Source: Yuukianura sp. NJ FZ-2021 (Eukaryota). Taken from it: a stretch of DNA of 64,000 bases. Below the pieces are notes generated by a model. It was not told the DNA's origin. It did not search any database and worked only from the letters and a program-made list of their open reading frames with translations. Shown here piece after piece: positions 23,069-35,837 of the stretch. The stretch covers positions 14,818,001-14,882,000 of the forward strand of contig CM102286.1 of assembly GCA_046563655.1 (NCBI GenBank), given 5' to 3'. Every line of letters begins with the position of its first letter. The stretch's first letter is position 1. The position numbers and the translations under genes are program-made.

Positions 23069-24756
23069 TTATCCAAAACTAAGGAGGAGAATCATGCAGT
23101 TGATGACATTGGTCGTCATGGATGCAGGCGTATTTTGGTCAATAGCACCGTAAAACCCCGAGTAGAACCCGAACCGTCGAATGGTCAACATCCACCTCTG
23201 CAGACTCTCTCTTTCCACGACACTTACAACGCTATTGTAATTCGGAATGTCCAGAACTGTCGTCCTTATGTCTTCATCGTCCAATTCAGTGGATTCGTCA
23301 CCCTGGTTTCTGCGACTGCGCAGAGTGGGTTGTTTTGTGGAGGGATACAAAAGTACGAGTTGTCGTCCGAGCCAGTGACAAACTTTTTCTGACTGTCTGA
23401 AGATGTTGCCAACTTGTGACATGACCAATAGGAGGAGGATGCAGAAGACGAAAGCGGAGGCTGCGGGGTATGTCCAGTAGATGAACAGAGGAAGATATGT
23501 GTGTCCAGTGAGTGCGACGTAAAGGAGTGCCAAAACGATGAATTGGACGACACCGATGTACCCGGGAAACAGAACCCGGTAATACCCGTTACCGTAGGCA
23601 CAAAACACGACAAGCGACTCGAACCGGTGCAAAAAATAAGCCATTTCGGAATTTCCGAATTTATTGCTCCTAAAATTCAAAACAGAAAGTTCAGGGTACC
23701 GCTATCTTGAATTTTGTAGTAACACGGTACCGTATTGACACTTTATGAAAGAAAGTGGTACTCGGTTAGGGTATAGGAAAACTGAGATTGCGGTACCTAA
23801 AAAGGGGTACGGCGGTACTTTAGACAAAATGGTACCACACTATCTAAAGACCCGCCGTGCTACCGTGGCTCTGTTAAGAAAAGTGGAATTGTGGTGGTCA
23901 AATAAACAGTGTGGTACCGCGGTACTTATTATTTCGGTACCCAAGAGCGAGGTACCAATTCTTTTTAAGCTTACCTGGTAAGTCGACTGAGTTCTTCGAA
24001 CCGTGTGAGGTTGATTTTGAGTGTAACGATGATTGCAATGGTAAGGTAAACCGAAGTAATGGACATGAAACAATCCACATACGAAATGAAAATGACCGCC
24101 ACGCTTTCCGCAATCATGAGTTCCGTACCGAGTTGTCGTTCCGAACTTTTGTAAATTCCCATGACAATCAACACGAACCAAGCCGCATGTCCGGTAAAAG
24201 CCGTCCACCACACTCCCAGAATTCCTTCACTCGAGCAGTACCAGCAGTACTTCTTCCACGAATCAGTCCTCATCCCGTCCTTTTCCGTCTTCTGTCTCTT
24301 GCCGTCCTTTTCCGTCTTCTGTCCAATCTGTTTCATCCTTTCAATGGACATGTCGACTGAATTAAGAAGAAACATGAGGTCATTGACACAGAAGAGACAA
24401 GTGATCTTGAAGACGCCAGAGAAGAACATTGCCGAGAAGAAGAACATGTCGCCCCCAAAGTGAATGTCCATTTTGATCCCGTCTTGGAGCATGGGCCATA
24501 AGAACACAATGATTTTGGTGCCGTTCATACCAAAGTAGAGAGTGGTCATGAAGTAGTAGAGCCAAATGTCGACAGATCCGGGATCGAACCGAACCAGTTT
24601 TACCGGTTTGGTGTTCGAAACGGCCCATTTCTTGCCGGTTTTCCTGTCGCTGTCCAAAATAATATAAAATGGAATCATTCGTAAAAAGGAAAGAACTTTG
24701 AGAGAATTGTAGACAAACTTTTCAGTTTCTTTGCCCAAAGTACTTTTGAATCCCAT
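23069..24756 (-). CDS. Second gustatory-receptor-like multi-TM protein; exons 24756-23975 and 23669-23069
   Basis: A phase-2 intron joins ..SRLT-R-SNKFG.. in frame. Many hydrophobic helices. C-terminal RRFGFYSGFYGAIDQNTPASMTTNVINCMILLL resembles GR TM7. Confidence 0.65.
23693..23958. repeat. Intronic patch built from many GGTAC/GTACC motifs (probable MITE remnant)
   Basis: More than 10 GGTAC/GTACC occurrences in ~265 bp, confined to the intron. Confidence 0.55.
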
Positions 24757-25264
24757 TTTTAAAAATTTTGACTTTTTTTTGGAAAAAAAGTTTTCTCAAT
24801 TTTTTTTTGATTCTGAGTGGAAATGGGGCACAATAGGGACTGACCAGAAAATGATCAAAATCAGTCAAACTATTTAAGAAAATTTATGGCCGAAAATAAT
24901 TGCTTTATTGCAAAAAAAAATCAAAAAGAGCGTCAATTTTGCCTGCCAATTTGAATGTGTAAACAAAACATTTCAATTTTCTTTTCAAGAGCAAAAAGTT
25001 TTTATTGTCTTTTTCATTATCTCATTTTGTAAATCGCTTTCTATTGATCAAAAGATAATGCAATTGGGCAAAAGTCTGCCAAACGCAAGCTAGGTTTTCA
25101 GTAAAATTGAAAAAAGTAGCTAAAATTTCAAATTAGAAAAATCAACAAACGAATAAAAAAGTTAACTCGCCGAATTTTTCCCAACCAGTTTCTTGCATTA
25201 ATTTGTGTACACAGCAGTTTATTATTTTGGATTCAAAAGTTTAATATTTGTGAAAGTTTTTTTT

Positions 25265-26045
25265 TTAAATTTCGAGACCCCAGATATCAAAAATTCCAAA
25301 TATTGAAGACTCTGTGTCTTTTCGTTTCACTTCCACTTCCATCTTGGCACAGAGCAGCATTCTGCCTGACTCGTCTATCATTTCAGTAGTCACGGTAGCT
25401 TGAAACTAAAATCAAAATTTCAGAATTTCGAAAACTTTTGTCAAAATTTTAAAAATGGAAACTAAGCAGTATGTTTACCACTCGTAGTGTTGGAACTGCT
25501 GGAAACTGGATGACAAAAGTTTTGGAGAAGTTGATTGGCTGGCCTTCCTTGGTAATGGGACATGCTGATCCTCTGACGAGATGTTGACATGCGTCGCCCT
25601 CTGACACGTCGTAGTCAAAGATGTTGTTGGCTCTGACCCAGTATGGAAGCGACTTACTTCCATTAACTACAATAGCAAAGGTCAAAGGTCACGCAATAAC
25701 TTTTCGAAATAATTTTGAAAAACATTTTTCCAAAAATGTTTCTGACTTACCTGAAGTAGCATCCACTTCTAGACGATATTCTTCTCCGCTGGTAAAAATA
25801 CAAGGTTGCTTTGTACAGCCACTGATGCGGAGAGCATGTACTTTTACTTTCGTACCTGAAAATCAAAATTCAAAATAATTTTTCAAAATCCAAATTCCAA
25901 AAATTCATTCCTGACTTTGCCGAACGACAAAACTAACCTAACTCAACGTTAATGTTAAAAATTTACCGCAGTCTTCCCATGACAGAGAATATGCAGAGAC
26001 GGAAACACTGGCAGTAAGCACCAGCACAAATAATTCAAAGATCAT
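25265..26045 (-). CDS. NPC2/ML-domain (MD-2-related lipid-recognition) secreted protein, 4 exons
   Basis: Signal peptide, then SWEDCG|..ISGCTKQPCIF..G..Y.LEVD|..DACQHL..SACPITKEG..|..EMIDESGRMLLCAKMEVEV. This is the six-Cys ML pattern. Confidence 0.85.
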
Positions 26046-27050
26046 AATCAACAGAATCAAACCAAGAGACTAATTTTAGTTGACTAAAAGCCAGCCATAA
26101 GTTAACTTCATTCTAGCTTTAATTAGCTCAGTTAACCAGAAAGTCGCTTTCATTTTTACTCCATTTGCTCCAATGAATAATGCATTTAGGATTTAGTGTC
26201 AATTTGTCAATTTTAATTAACAAGGTTCAACATAGCAGACTCCAGTTTGAGCATTGCATTCTACCATTGCATAACAACTGGACTGTTTTAATTCACACAT
26301 TCACTCAATTTCCAAAATTCCGAATTCCTGACTTCCAAAAAACTCAAATTCTGTTAAAATTAACGTTAGAGAAAAATTTCTTCTTACGCAATTTGCTGTT
26401 AGGAAATCTTCGCTTGACGATGGAAGTGCTCTTTGAAGGAGTTCCGTTTCCACCAAGTACTTCTGTTGAAGTTCCGAGTTTTACCGAACGATACTTCCAG
26501 TATTTCCAGCACATCCAGCAGTACAATTGGAGTTTTCCAGACTTCATGGTTCAGTAACCTCTTAGTAGTTGAGTTGTGATAGTTGGTCGACAAGAACTAA
26601 AACAACAATGATACTACAAGAAATATAAATGAAACTTAATGTCCGATTTTTGAAGCAGATGATTCTGTCTCGAGTGCGAAAAGTTGAGTGGCCGATAAAA
26701 AGTTTCAAAAAAAAAACTTCTGAAAAAATGGACAAAAGAGACGGAAGGATGCGAGGGCTTAAAACTCAATTTTTTTTTTCTATTTCAAAAAGTACTAAAA
26801 TAAATTTTCGGCTATTTGTTTTTATTGAACAAAAGAATATAAAAACACAAAAGCAAAATGACCACCCTAAACTTATTTGAAAGAACAAAGAAAAAGGTTA
26901 AAAAATAAGTTTTCGAAAAAAATATATGTTACAATGAAACCAGTTCAAAACATATTTTTAAAATTCAAATTTTAAGAAAAAAATAAATAGGAAAATTTGT
27001 ACAAAATCTAACAAGAAAGAAATCCAGTTTATGATTGAAACTGACAATTT

Positions 27051-27721
27051 TTAGTTCCAAATTGGTCGGTACTGTTGAGGATGAAATTGAATTGGTTCAA
27101 AATTCAAAAAACGGTTGAGGAAATTTTGAAGTGATTGTTGTTCGGTGTTGATTTTCGTCGAAGATTTTTCAAAATTGGAGCTTCGAGCTTGTTCTATGTT
27201 CTGATTGGCCACGATTTGATTCTTGTCACGAATTATAGTTTCGAGGCTGTCGAGCACTTCCTGCTGCTGTTCAATCGTTTGCCGATTTTCCCGAATTTCG
27301 GATTCCGTGGTTTCCAAAATTTTGAGTTTGTTTTGAATGGCTTCGTTCAGAACATCAACAATTTTGCGTCGAGCGACGTAAGCCTCCTCTGCGCTTGCGT
27401 TATGTTCAGCTTCAGTTTGGTTAGAAACGACATTTGGCTCCGAAATTTGAAAACCCGGAACTGCAGGACCTAAAAAATGAAACTTTAAAAAAAATTCTAA
27501 ACTTTTTTTTTGAAAATAATCCAACCTGTTGAATTTTGAACCTCGATGGAAGCCTCATCCAAGAGTTGTTTGCAGTGTCTTCTTGTAGACGAAGTTGGAG
27601 TAATTGCAACCAGTGCAAAAAGTGCTCCCAGAATGAAGAAACAGATCATCATGATAATCAGAATTCTCCTGACAGATTTCCACTGTCTTTCCCTTTCCTC
27701 TTCGTTTGAATCCGCCATCAT
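27051..27721 (-). CDS. Type II single-pass membrane protein with extracellular coiled coil, 2 exons
   Basis: MMADSNEEERERQWKSVRR, TM ILIIMMICFFILGALFALVAI, intron ~27525-27470, then a heptad-rich Q/E/I/L region. Confidence 0.65.
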
Positions 27722-29259
27722 GTTCTTGAAGTTCCAAATTTCAAATGAACTCTCAAGGAAATTGTTTCTTGTTCAAATGGTGTTCAGAACAAAAACTATT
27801 TTTAAAGAACCGGCCTTGAGGGCCTAAGAGTTCAAAAACCTACTTTTCCTTAGGATAATGGAAACCCTACCAACTATTTTGGATTTCACCTTTTTCAAAT
27901 CACTTTCAAAAAGGCGGAGTTTTGAACAAAAGCAAATTTTTGACCCTTCAGTTCAAAAGTTCTAAAATTCTTGTTCGGTAGGGTTCAGCAAATTACTTTT
28001 CTGTTTTTAGAATTGAGGCTAATGGCAACAGAAGAAAAAAAAAATTCAATAGTTTTAAATTGTCTTCAAATTTTCTAATTTTGAAAATTTTTTGAAAACT
28101 CAAAGCTGCAATGCATTCATTTAGCTTCTAAAGAGCAGGAATCGTCAAATCAGAAATCGTAATCGAGTGAATCATTTCTGAATTCTGCGTATTTTCCCGC
28201 ACAGAATCATTTGACTTTGATTATTTTGAGCAAAAAGTTAACAAACTTTGAGTTTATTTTGATAAAAGTTTATTTAGGAAGTTAGGTTGGACAATTGAGT
28301 TCCTCGTGACCTCACTCGAGAGGAGTTGAAGTGGGGTTAGTTCGAGAGGGGGAGAGTGTGAGACTGGCTTCAGTTTTTCCTTGTTAAGTTTTTGCTTAAT
28401 TGTGATTTGATAAAAGTTTAACTGAGGTTAAGTTTAAGTTTAACTGAGATATGTTCGAGTGTCAGCATATTTTTGTTAGGTTGAGGAGAGGGCATGGCTC
28501 CTAATTTTTTACAATTACTTTGGTTTGAACTGGGGGCAAGTTTGTGGTCACACCGGTTTAAACTTAAAATATGCTTCCCTTGTCTATATTCCCCCCAGAG
28601 CTACTCTCTCGTTTTTCAGGATGTCCTCAATCCTAAATTCCTTCATCCTCAATGTCCTCAATGCCCTCAACCACTAAAATTTAACTTTACACAATTGAAA
28701 ATCTTCAATTTTCCATTTTTCTACTCAATTCATACCTAATGCGAACTATTTTTGAAAAAAAAGTCTCACAGAAGTTAAGATTCATGAAATCATGGTTTAA
28801 TTGACTAAAATCCATTTTTCATATATAATGAAATCTGCATAATGTAAGTCCTTCCGTATTTTTTTCCGAAATTTACAAATCTGACTTGGCTGACGGTGCA
28901 GTTGTCTATAAAAATTGTTTATTTGTTTTATTTGAGGAAGTCCTCATTTTAGCCCTCACTACAAAAAAAAATCCTGGAAATGGAGGGAGTAACTATGGTT
29001 GGTAGGAGCGTCTGCCTGAGTGGGGCAAATGGTTGAGCCTCCCTCCTATTAGGATTAGAACTTAAAAACATGTCAGTGGTCCAGAAGCCTCTGTGAATTC
29101 AACTTATTCTGCTACGTAGAACTCCGACTCCTTTAATTACTCAAGTAATTGTGATACTCACCAGAACTTAATTACTCAATTCACACCTAGATCCAGTTGT
29201 CACTCTTAATTACAAGTAATTAAGTAATTACAAGTAATTCAAGTAATTAATTACTTGCA

Positions 29260-29678
29260 ATGGCTACTGTCTGTGACCAAGTTAGTTTCAAGAGTCTCCT
29301 CAAAGAAGTAGAGATGGAGTTGAAACTGAAGATTGTGCAAGTGAAGGGAGAGGGGGCGGTGGGGGACTGGACCTTGACCTTCCACTCAGCATTTGACCCC
29401 CAGCAAGCCACGAAAGAGGAGAAGAAGAGGGCTAGAGCAAACTCTATCCATGGAAACGGAACTTACGTCATCATTAAAGTACGCTTTTTCAAAATTTTGA
29501 ACTTTTTTTCTATGGAATTTGAGGATTTTTGAAATTTTAGGCGGGGATGAGTCACCAAGGAAACCCGGCTGAGGAGTTCCTCCATGCCAAAATCTTTAGT
29601 CCGAACGATGACTCTGGTCCTTATGTGCAAGACCTCCTGTTGGACAAGACCCTTAAGGACAGGGTGGAAGATTTCTAA
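29260..29678 (+). CDS. Third stefin-fold protein with an insertion replacing the QxVxG loop; exons 29260-29478, 29541-29678
   Basis: VKGEGAVGDWTLTFHS..GTYVIIK|AGM..EEFLHAKIF..DLLLDKTLKDRVEDF*. Same phase-0 intron position as the other two stefin-like genes. Confidence 0.7.
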
Positions 29679-30133
29679 AAAAGACGAAGCGTAATACCAT
29701 TTTATAAAATTATGAACTATTTTTGGAATCTGGACTTATTTTATAAAAAGTAAATTTTACTTTTATTATTATAATAAACATTTACTATTATATAAATCCT
29801 AATAAAATGTTTAAGCTTAATTTAATCAGTCCGGTGAAAAATGAACAAAAATAAAGTCTTATTTCTACAATCTCACAAAAACTACCCAATTTTTTTTTAA
29901 ATAGTCCTCACAACAATTTCGAAATTTTGCATTTTTGGAAAAGTAACTTTTTGTTTAAAAAAAAAACGAAAAGTTACTCCCTCCAAAAACACAAACTTTT
30001 GAAAGCACTTTTTCGTGGATCTGCTCTGCAGATATTGAAAAATCGTCGGAACGAACACTGCCGACGACTACGTTTGGCAAAATTTCAAACTAACTGTCGG
30101 CAATTTTTTTCATGTTTAATCGTTCAGGGCCGT

Positions 30134-30879
30134 CTATGTAGGTGGCAGGGCCTGTGTAGCAGTAGTGCTTGAGCAAGAGCCTGATTGGTCGTCACTTGTA
30201 TCACGTGACGGCACTGGAGGTGAATGCACTCTGGGCATGACAATGACCGACGTGAGTTCGTCTTCTGCTGCCGATCGCTGCTCGGAAGCTCTGCGCATGA
30301 CCAAGTACTCATCGTATGTCGGCGGTGGCCCATCGTCTACTTGAATAAATGAAACTGGAGTAGAACATTTGAAGGCATTTTCAAATTTTGGCGGTGGTTT
30401 TCGGCCTCGCAGGGCCGCGAGACGGCCCTGATTCCTCGTTTCCAGAAAGTCTGTAGAAGAATATGAATGATGAGTTAAATTCCGTGACCTGACAAGAGTC
30501 GGAGGGCGCATGCCTATGAACAGAGTTGCGCAAGGACCAACACCTTAAACAATCAAACCCGCCAACTTTCAAAATTCAAAATTTTGAAAATTTTCCCGGG
30601 AAAATTTTTAGACTTACCGATAATCATTGAATTTCCTACACTGTCAGCTCCTCGAGTTTCCTCTGAAATGCTTTCATTTCTTCTACAGGCAGTTATGTAG
30701 CACCGAATAATCTGAGGGTAGTAAAGCAACTATAAATTTAAAAAATTTCGAAAAAATTTCCGAAAAAAAATTTTCGAATGATTTCTAGAATACGTTTGGT
30801 GTCTTACAAGATACTTGAGTAGAAAGACCAAAATAGCTACTCCCACCACAACGAAAATCCCAGTCCAGTCAGCCATCAT
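30134..30879 (-). CDS. Small single-pass membrane protein with a cytoplasmic PPxY motif (paralog A), 3 exons
   Basis: MMADWTGIFVVVGVAILVFLLKYL|LLYYPQIIRC..|..KPPPKFE..DDGPPPTYDEYL. The exact exon-3 acceptor is uncertain. Confidence 0.65.
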
Positions 30880-32910
30880 TGCTTTTCCCTCCACTTTTCA
30901 AAATTTCCAAAAACAAAAACACCCAGTTCAAAAAACTGAAAAACTTCAAAAAAAAATTTTAATGCACAACCACTGGAGTTTGAGAGTCACTTTGCACGTT
31001 TTCGTTGTCCACTTGAGCCAACATGGAAACTTTTGAACTTTTAACTCTTAACAAGTTGAGTCTTTCCTGGTTGATTGAAAAATGTTGATTGTGCTAAATG
31101 ACGTCTCGCTAAAAATTGTGTTTTTGTTGTTTGTTTGTGCAGAGTTTGTGGAGGATTGATTTAGATTTGTGTTGCTACGCATTAAGCCCCACTCACAATC
31201 TCCTTCTTCTTTTCTACTGTTTATGTACACAGATCCTGTCCAAAATAACAATGAACTTGAGACTGCCGTCTACTGTGGTTTTGTGGCATTCGGCATTGAG
31301 GCTGGTAAGGGAAAAACTAACTTATCTCCTCATTTATCCACAAACGCAATTACAACTCAGGAAAAGGAGGTGCACAACTCTAAAAAAAATAACAGGCTTC
31401 TAAAAGGTAAATTTTTAAAAGTCGCCGCGCCCCCAACACAAACACGATTTTCAGCCTTTTTGAGAGTGAAGAAAAAACGAATTTTTGTGAAGAAATTAAT
31501 CTACAGCTGTAGTGGTTTGACTAGGAAATTTTTTTGGTAAATTTTTTGTAGTAAAAATTGTGACGCTGGAAAACTGTCATAACTGAAATGTAAAGAATAG
31601 AGTAGGGCGTGTTAGAATTTGTGAAAGTGAGGCATAAAAGGAGAATTATGTACAAAGGGAGGAGAGGTTTAGCGAATATTTTTGCACATTATGTAGATGA
31701 GTGCAATTTTTTTGGAATGGGAAATTGGCAAAACTTGTTTGCAAAGGCCTTGAGAGTAATAGAGATGGAAAAGGCGCCTACGTTGAGCTCTGGACAAGAG
31801 ATGAAAACAATTTCTGTTTTGCCGGGAGCAGGATTCGATAACAAGCGGACAAAAAATCGAACCCTATTTGAAGAAAACCACTTCATCGAAAAAAAAGTTA
31901 ACAGAAAAAATGTAAATAGAACAATGTCACGTCAATCGTTGGTTAAACAAAATTTTAAATGGAAAATAGTTCGACGTCAAATCATCCACAACTTTGTGGT
32001 GAGCACAATTTAACCCAAGACTTAAAAAATACAGGATTTTTTTCTAAGATTTTTTTTTTAGAAATTAGAAATTTAGAAAGAAATTGCTGAATTTGCAAAC
32101 CGCTTAAGGTTGAAGAAATTTTCTAAATTTTTGTTTGGACAAATTTTGTTTACCGGATTTTGGTGTCGCTAAATTCCCTTTCGACAATTTGTCTCCTGCT
32201 CACAAAACCTGGCCTTTGTTGGAATCACCGTCACTGATTGTTGTTGGTAAACAACTTTTATTGTGTTGTGTAGTTGAATAACAACTTTTTGTTGCTGCGT
32301 GGCTCTTCTTTCTGCCACTTTTTCGTTTGTGTAGCGTGCTAATCACCACGTAAAAGTTCAACTGTTAAGTTGAATCCAGTTCTGTGACATTTGACCTCGG
32401 CCACTACCGCATTGCTCATTTCAATTCTACCGCACAAAAAAGAGCAAGTAATGACCATAGTCATTTCCATAAAAGTCACGCTACCATGCACTACACATTA
32501 ACTTCAGTCTATTTTTAACTTTCCAGTTAACTTAACGTTGCAGTAATTCCTAAGTGAGTTACTTATTTTTATTGGTGCAAATTAGCCACTCACATGCTTC
32601 CACATGCAACGCATAACCTTCACTTAAGCACAAACTTCAAAAGTTACAAAAAATAGAAAGTTACTGTTTCTACATCACTTTAGTTACACACGGTACAAAA
32701 ACTACATTTACACAAAATTACATGTAATTTTAAAATTACACAGCTTCTTCTTCACTCTACTTAAGTAATTAAGTTTACCAATACTTTATCAATGGAACAA
32801 TTACCGTAATTTTCCAAATTTTATACTGGAATGATTTTGTGGCAATTTAAAAAAAATTCGTTTCCTGGTTGAAAGACATCAGTTTTTTGTCAGTTGAGGT
32901 TAAGTTATTA

Positions 32911-33160
32911 GTAAAAAGTTGAAATAAGTTAGTTTAAATTTAAGTTAGTGTTGGTTGAAGTGAACCAGGAGTCAGCTGATCATGGATACAATCAGTCTAT
33001 GTCTGGTTGAATTCAACCTCACGAGGTTGAAGTTAAGGTAAAAAGTTGGAATAAGTTAGGATGAATTTAAGTTAGTGTTGGTTGAAGTGAACCAGGAGTC
33101 AGCTGATCATGGATACAATCAGTCTATGTCTGGTTGAATTCAACCTCACGAGGTTGAAGT
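32911..33160. repeat. 127-bp direct tandem duplication containing a 9-bp inverted repeat (ttcaacctc-ac-gaggttgaa)
   Basis: gtcagctgatcatggatacaatcagtctatgtctggttgaattcaacctcacgaggttgaagtt occurs at ~32971 and ~33098. Confidence 0.9.
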
Positions 33161-33706
33161 TGATGAGCAGTTTTTTGAGGATTGAATTTGAGCAACGCTG
33201 TATTCTGGTGGACATTCGTCGTTCATTTTCAAATAGTCGGAGTACGTCGGTGGCGGCGCATCGTCTGGAATGTGAATGCAAAAAACGGGCGGCGCAGGAG
33301 TCGGATATTGAGTGAGAGCAATTTCATAATTTGGCGGTGGAACTCTCAGATGAATGTTTTCTCTTGTTTGAGCCTGCACTCTTCCTACTGGATCTAAATT
33401 CAAACAAAATTTCAATTTCAAATTTCAAAAAAAAAATTTCAAAGTTTTTTAGTTTCATTTTTTACCGTTTAAGGAGTTTAGTAGTGGATTATTTATTAGC
33501 AGTCTGTTGAGGTTTTCTAGTCGTTGGGCTTCTCGTTTCTGGAAATGGATTTTGTAAAGACGCTTCACCTGAACCACCAAAAATAAAATTTTATAAAAAG
33601 TTCAAAATTTCAAAATTTTCAACTTTTTTGAACTTACTAAATACTTGATGAGAAATACTGAGAGCAGGACTGCCGGAAAGACGAGCGTTGTGTAGTCGAA
33701 CGGCAT
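33146..33706 (-). CDS. Small single-pass membrane protein with three PPxY motifs (paralog B), 3 exons
   Basis: MPFDYTTLVFPAVLLSVFLIKYL|VKRLYKIHF..|DPVGR..PPPNY..DDAPPPTYSDYL..PPEY..*. Exon 1 ends KYL in phase 0, as in paralog A. Confidence 0.75.
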
Positions 33707-35837
33707 GGTGAGCACGCAAGGTGAAAAATTGTGACAATTTTTTCGTCGTCAGTGTGAAAAATCTTTCCAATTTTTTCGTCACTGTGCAAATTCTTGTAAA
33801 TTTTTGGCCTGTGAGTTGCCGGATGCCGGAAGTAGACGATGACACACCTTCGTTAGGACTCGTCACGTCCCATACTTTGACTAACTTTGTGGCCCATCAC
33901 CCTAAACTATGTCTGGTGCTTTGGAGATCCAACAATGGACACAGATTAAGCTTTACGGTGTCCAAAATCTATATTTATCCTCCCACTTCTGTTGAATTGG
34001 AACAAACAAAAGAACAAACTCAAAATCACTCTACAAACTTAACACCAAAAAAAAAAGTTTTGTAAAAGTGGAGCCGCCGAGTCCAAGCCACAAAATGACC
34101 ACCTATTTTTAAAATCCGTGATAACAATACGTCCTTTGTCGTTTTTTTAAAAAGCCTTTTCTTAAATTTGTAATGTTTTTTGAAAATTTTCCACTGAGGT
34201 GAACTTAAGTGAGAAGTACAAAGTTGAAAGTCTAAGGAATTATTGAGAAGTGGGGTAGTTACTTCCTCTGAATTTCGTAGAACTGTAAAATGTTGGTGGT
34301 TTTCATGAAAACAGTTAAGTAAAAGAAAAAACTTGTTCTGCATCTAAGTCTGCCGGTTCTGTTCCATCGTCTTTCGTTTGCATTTTACAGAAAAAAGCGT
34401 TCAAATTGTGCAATGTTGTGCCATTTTGAAATTGGAAATGAAATTTTAAATTTTAATGCTCAAATCAACAGTAGAAAATTTGGAACAGTAGAAGTTCCAA
34501 TGGTCATTTTTCTTTGAAGTTGCATCATTTGTCATTGTAGAAAAAAATGTTTCGTCATTTACGTCAAGTGTAAAAGTAAACTTAATCGTTGCACTTTGAA
34601 TGAGTGTCACGAGTCATGGCAAATCACAAGAAACGTTGTTAGATTGTCCAAATTCAAGAACTCTTTGATGACTTAATGCGGAATTTTGAACTTTTTGGTG
34701 CTAATCTGAAGATATTTGTATAATTTTTGAAATGAATGGAGAACTGGAATTAACGGATACTAAATTTTTCAAGTGCATTTTTCAAGATGATTCATTTTGA
34801 AAAACAAGCTTTTTGGAAGTAAAAAATGACACATTTAAACTTGTGTGTGGTACCGTTAACGTGGCGCTGTGTGTTTTAGATAAAAGAAATTCCTTAAATT
34901 TAAATTTATTGTTGATTTACGATTAGTTTGACTTCCGATGATTAAGTTAGACCTTAAGTTTTCGGTGTGTCATGTTTACAATTTTTGAATTTCGCATTTC
35001 AACTGCAACTTCGCAACTTTTTAATTTTGGCGGAACTTTATTTTCGATTAAATCCAGATTTTGTCGTTTGGTGCTCCGTGCTCCAGAAAAAAAGTTTCTT
35101 CTTCCGTTGCATCGTTTGAAAAACAAATTAGAATTTTGTGTTTTACAAACTTTGAAAAATTGATTTCAAAATTGAACTGCACACTACTTTCGTAGAAGTA
35201 GTAAACCCTAAGCATATAAACGCTTCCACTTTAATTATCATTCGGACTTTGTATTTCAACTGCAACTTTTTCAATTTTGGCTGAGTTTATTTTCGATATG
35301 TCAAAAAATTTATTCCGTTCGTCAAGGGTCTATAATGCATCAGATCGACGTTTTCAAGTTTTTAATTTAACATTTTTTGAAAATTTTTCCATTTTGAATT
35401 ATTGAATTCGCACCATTTCGGTGTGGAGAGTGCTAAAAAACTAAACTACTAAAATTACTAAAAACAAAACTTACTAAACTTTTTTTTAGTAAGTGAATTT
35501 AAGATTATGCTGGTTAGGTAATACTGCACTATTTTCCTAACGAATTTGGAAAATATCTCAATTGCAAATTTAAGTTAATGTAAAGTTAAAAAGCTGCAAG
35601 TACCTGTGATTTGGATTTCAAAATGAAGGGGTTCTTGGCCTGGTTCAAAATATTGACCAAGCAGTTTTGTAATGTTTGAAAGTGACAATGATTATTAGCG
35701 TTAGGTTGGACTAAATTTAGTTGACAAAAACGTATTTAAGGACAGTTGTTATGTAGTCAGTATTCAACTTGTTAAGTTGCAGTAAAGCTTGTTACAATTA
35801 ACTTGCAGCGTACCTCAACAAAGAATTCAGCTTCAAC

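Noticed and set aside
26180..26600. Small ORFs between the NPC2-like and coiled-coil genes; likewise 31116-32013
   Set aside because: No recognisable domain and no consistent multi-exon model could be built.
33140..33160. Stop-codon readthrough or selenocysteine signal at the hairpin-embedded TGA
   Set aside because: A second in-frame TGA follows after one codon, and no SECIS-like element was seen.
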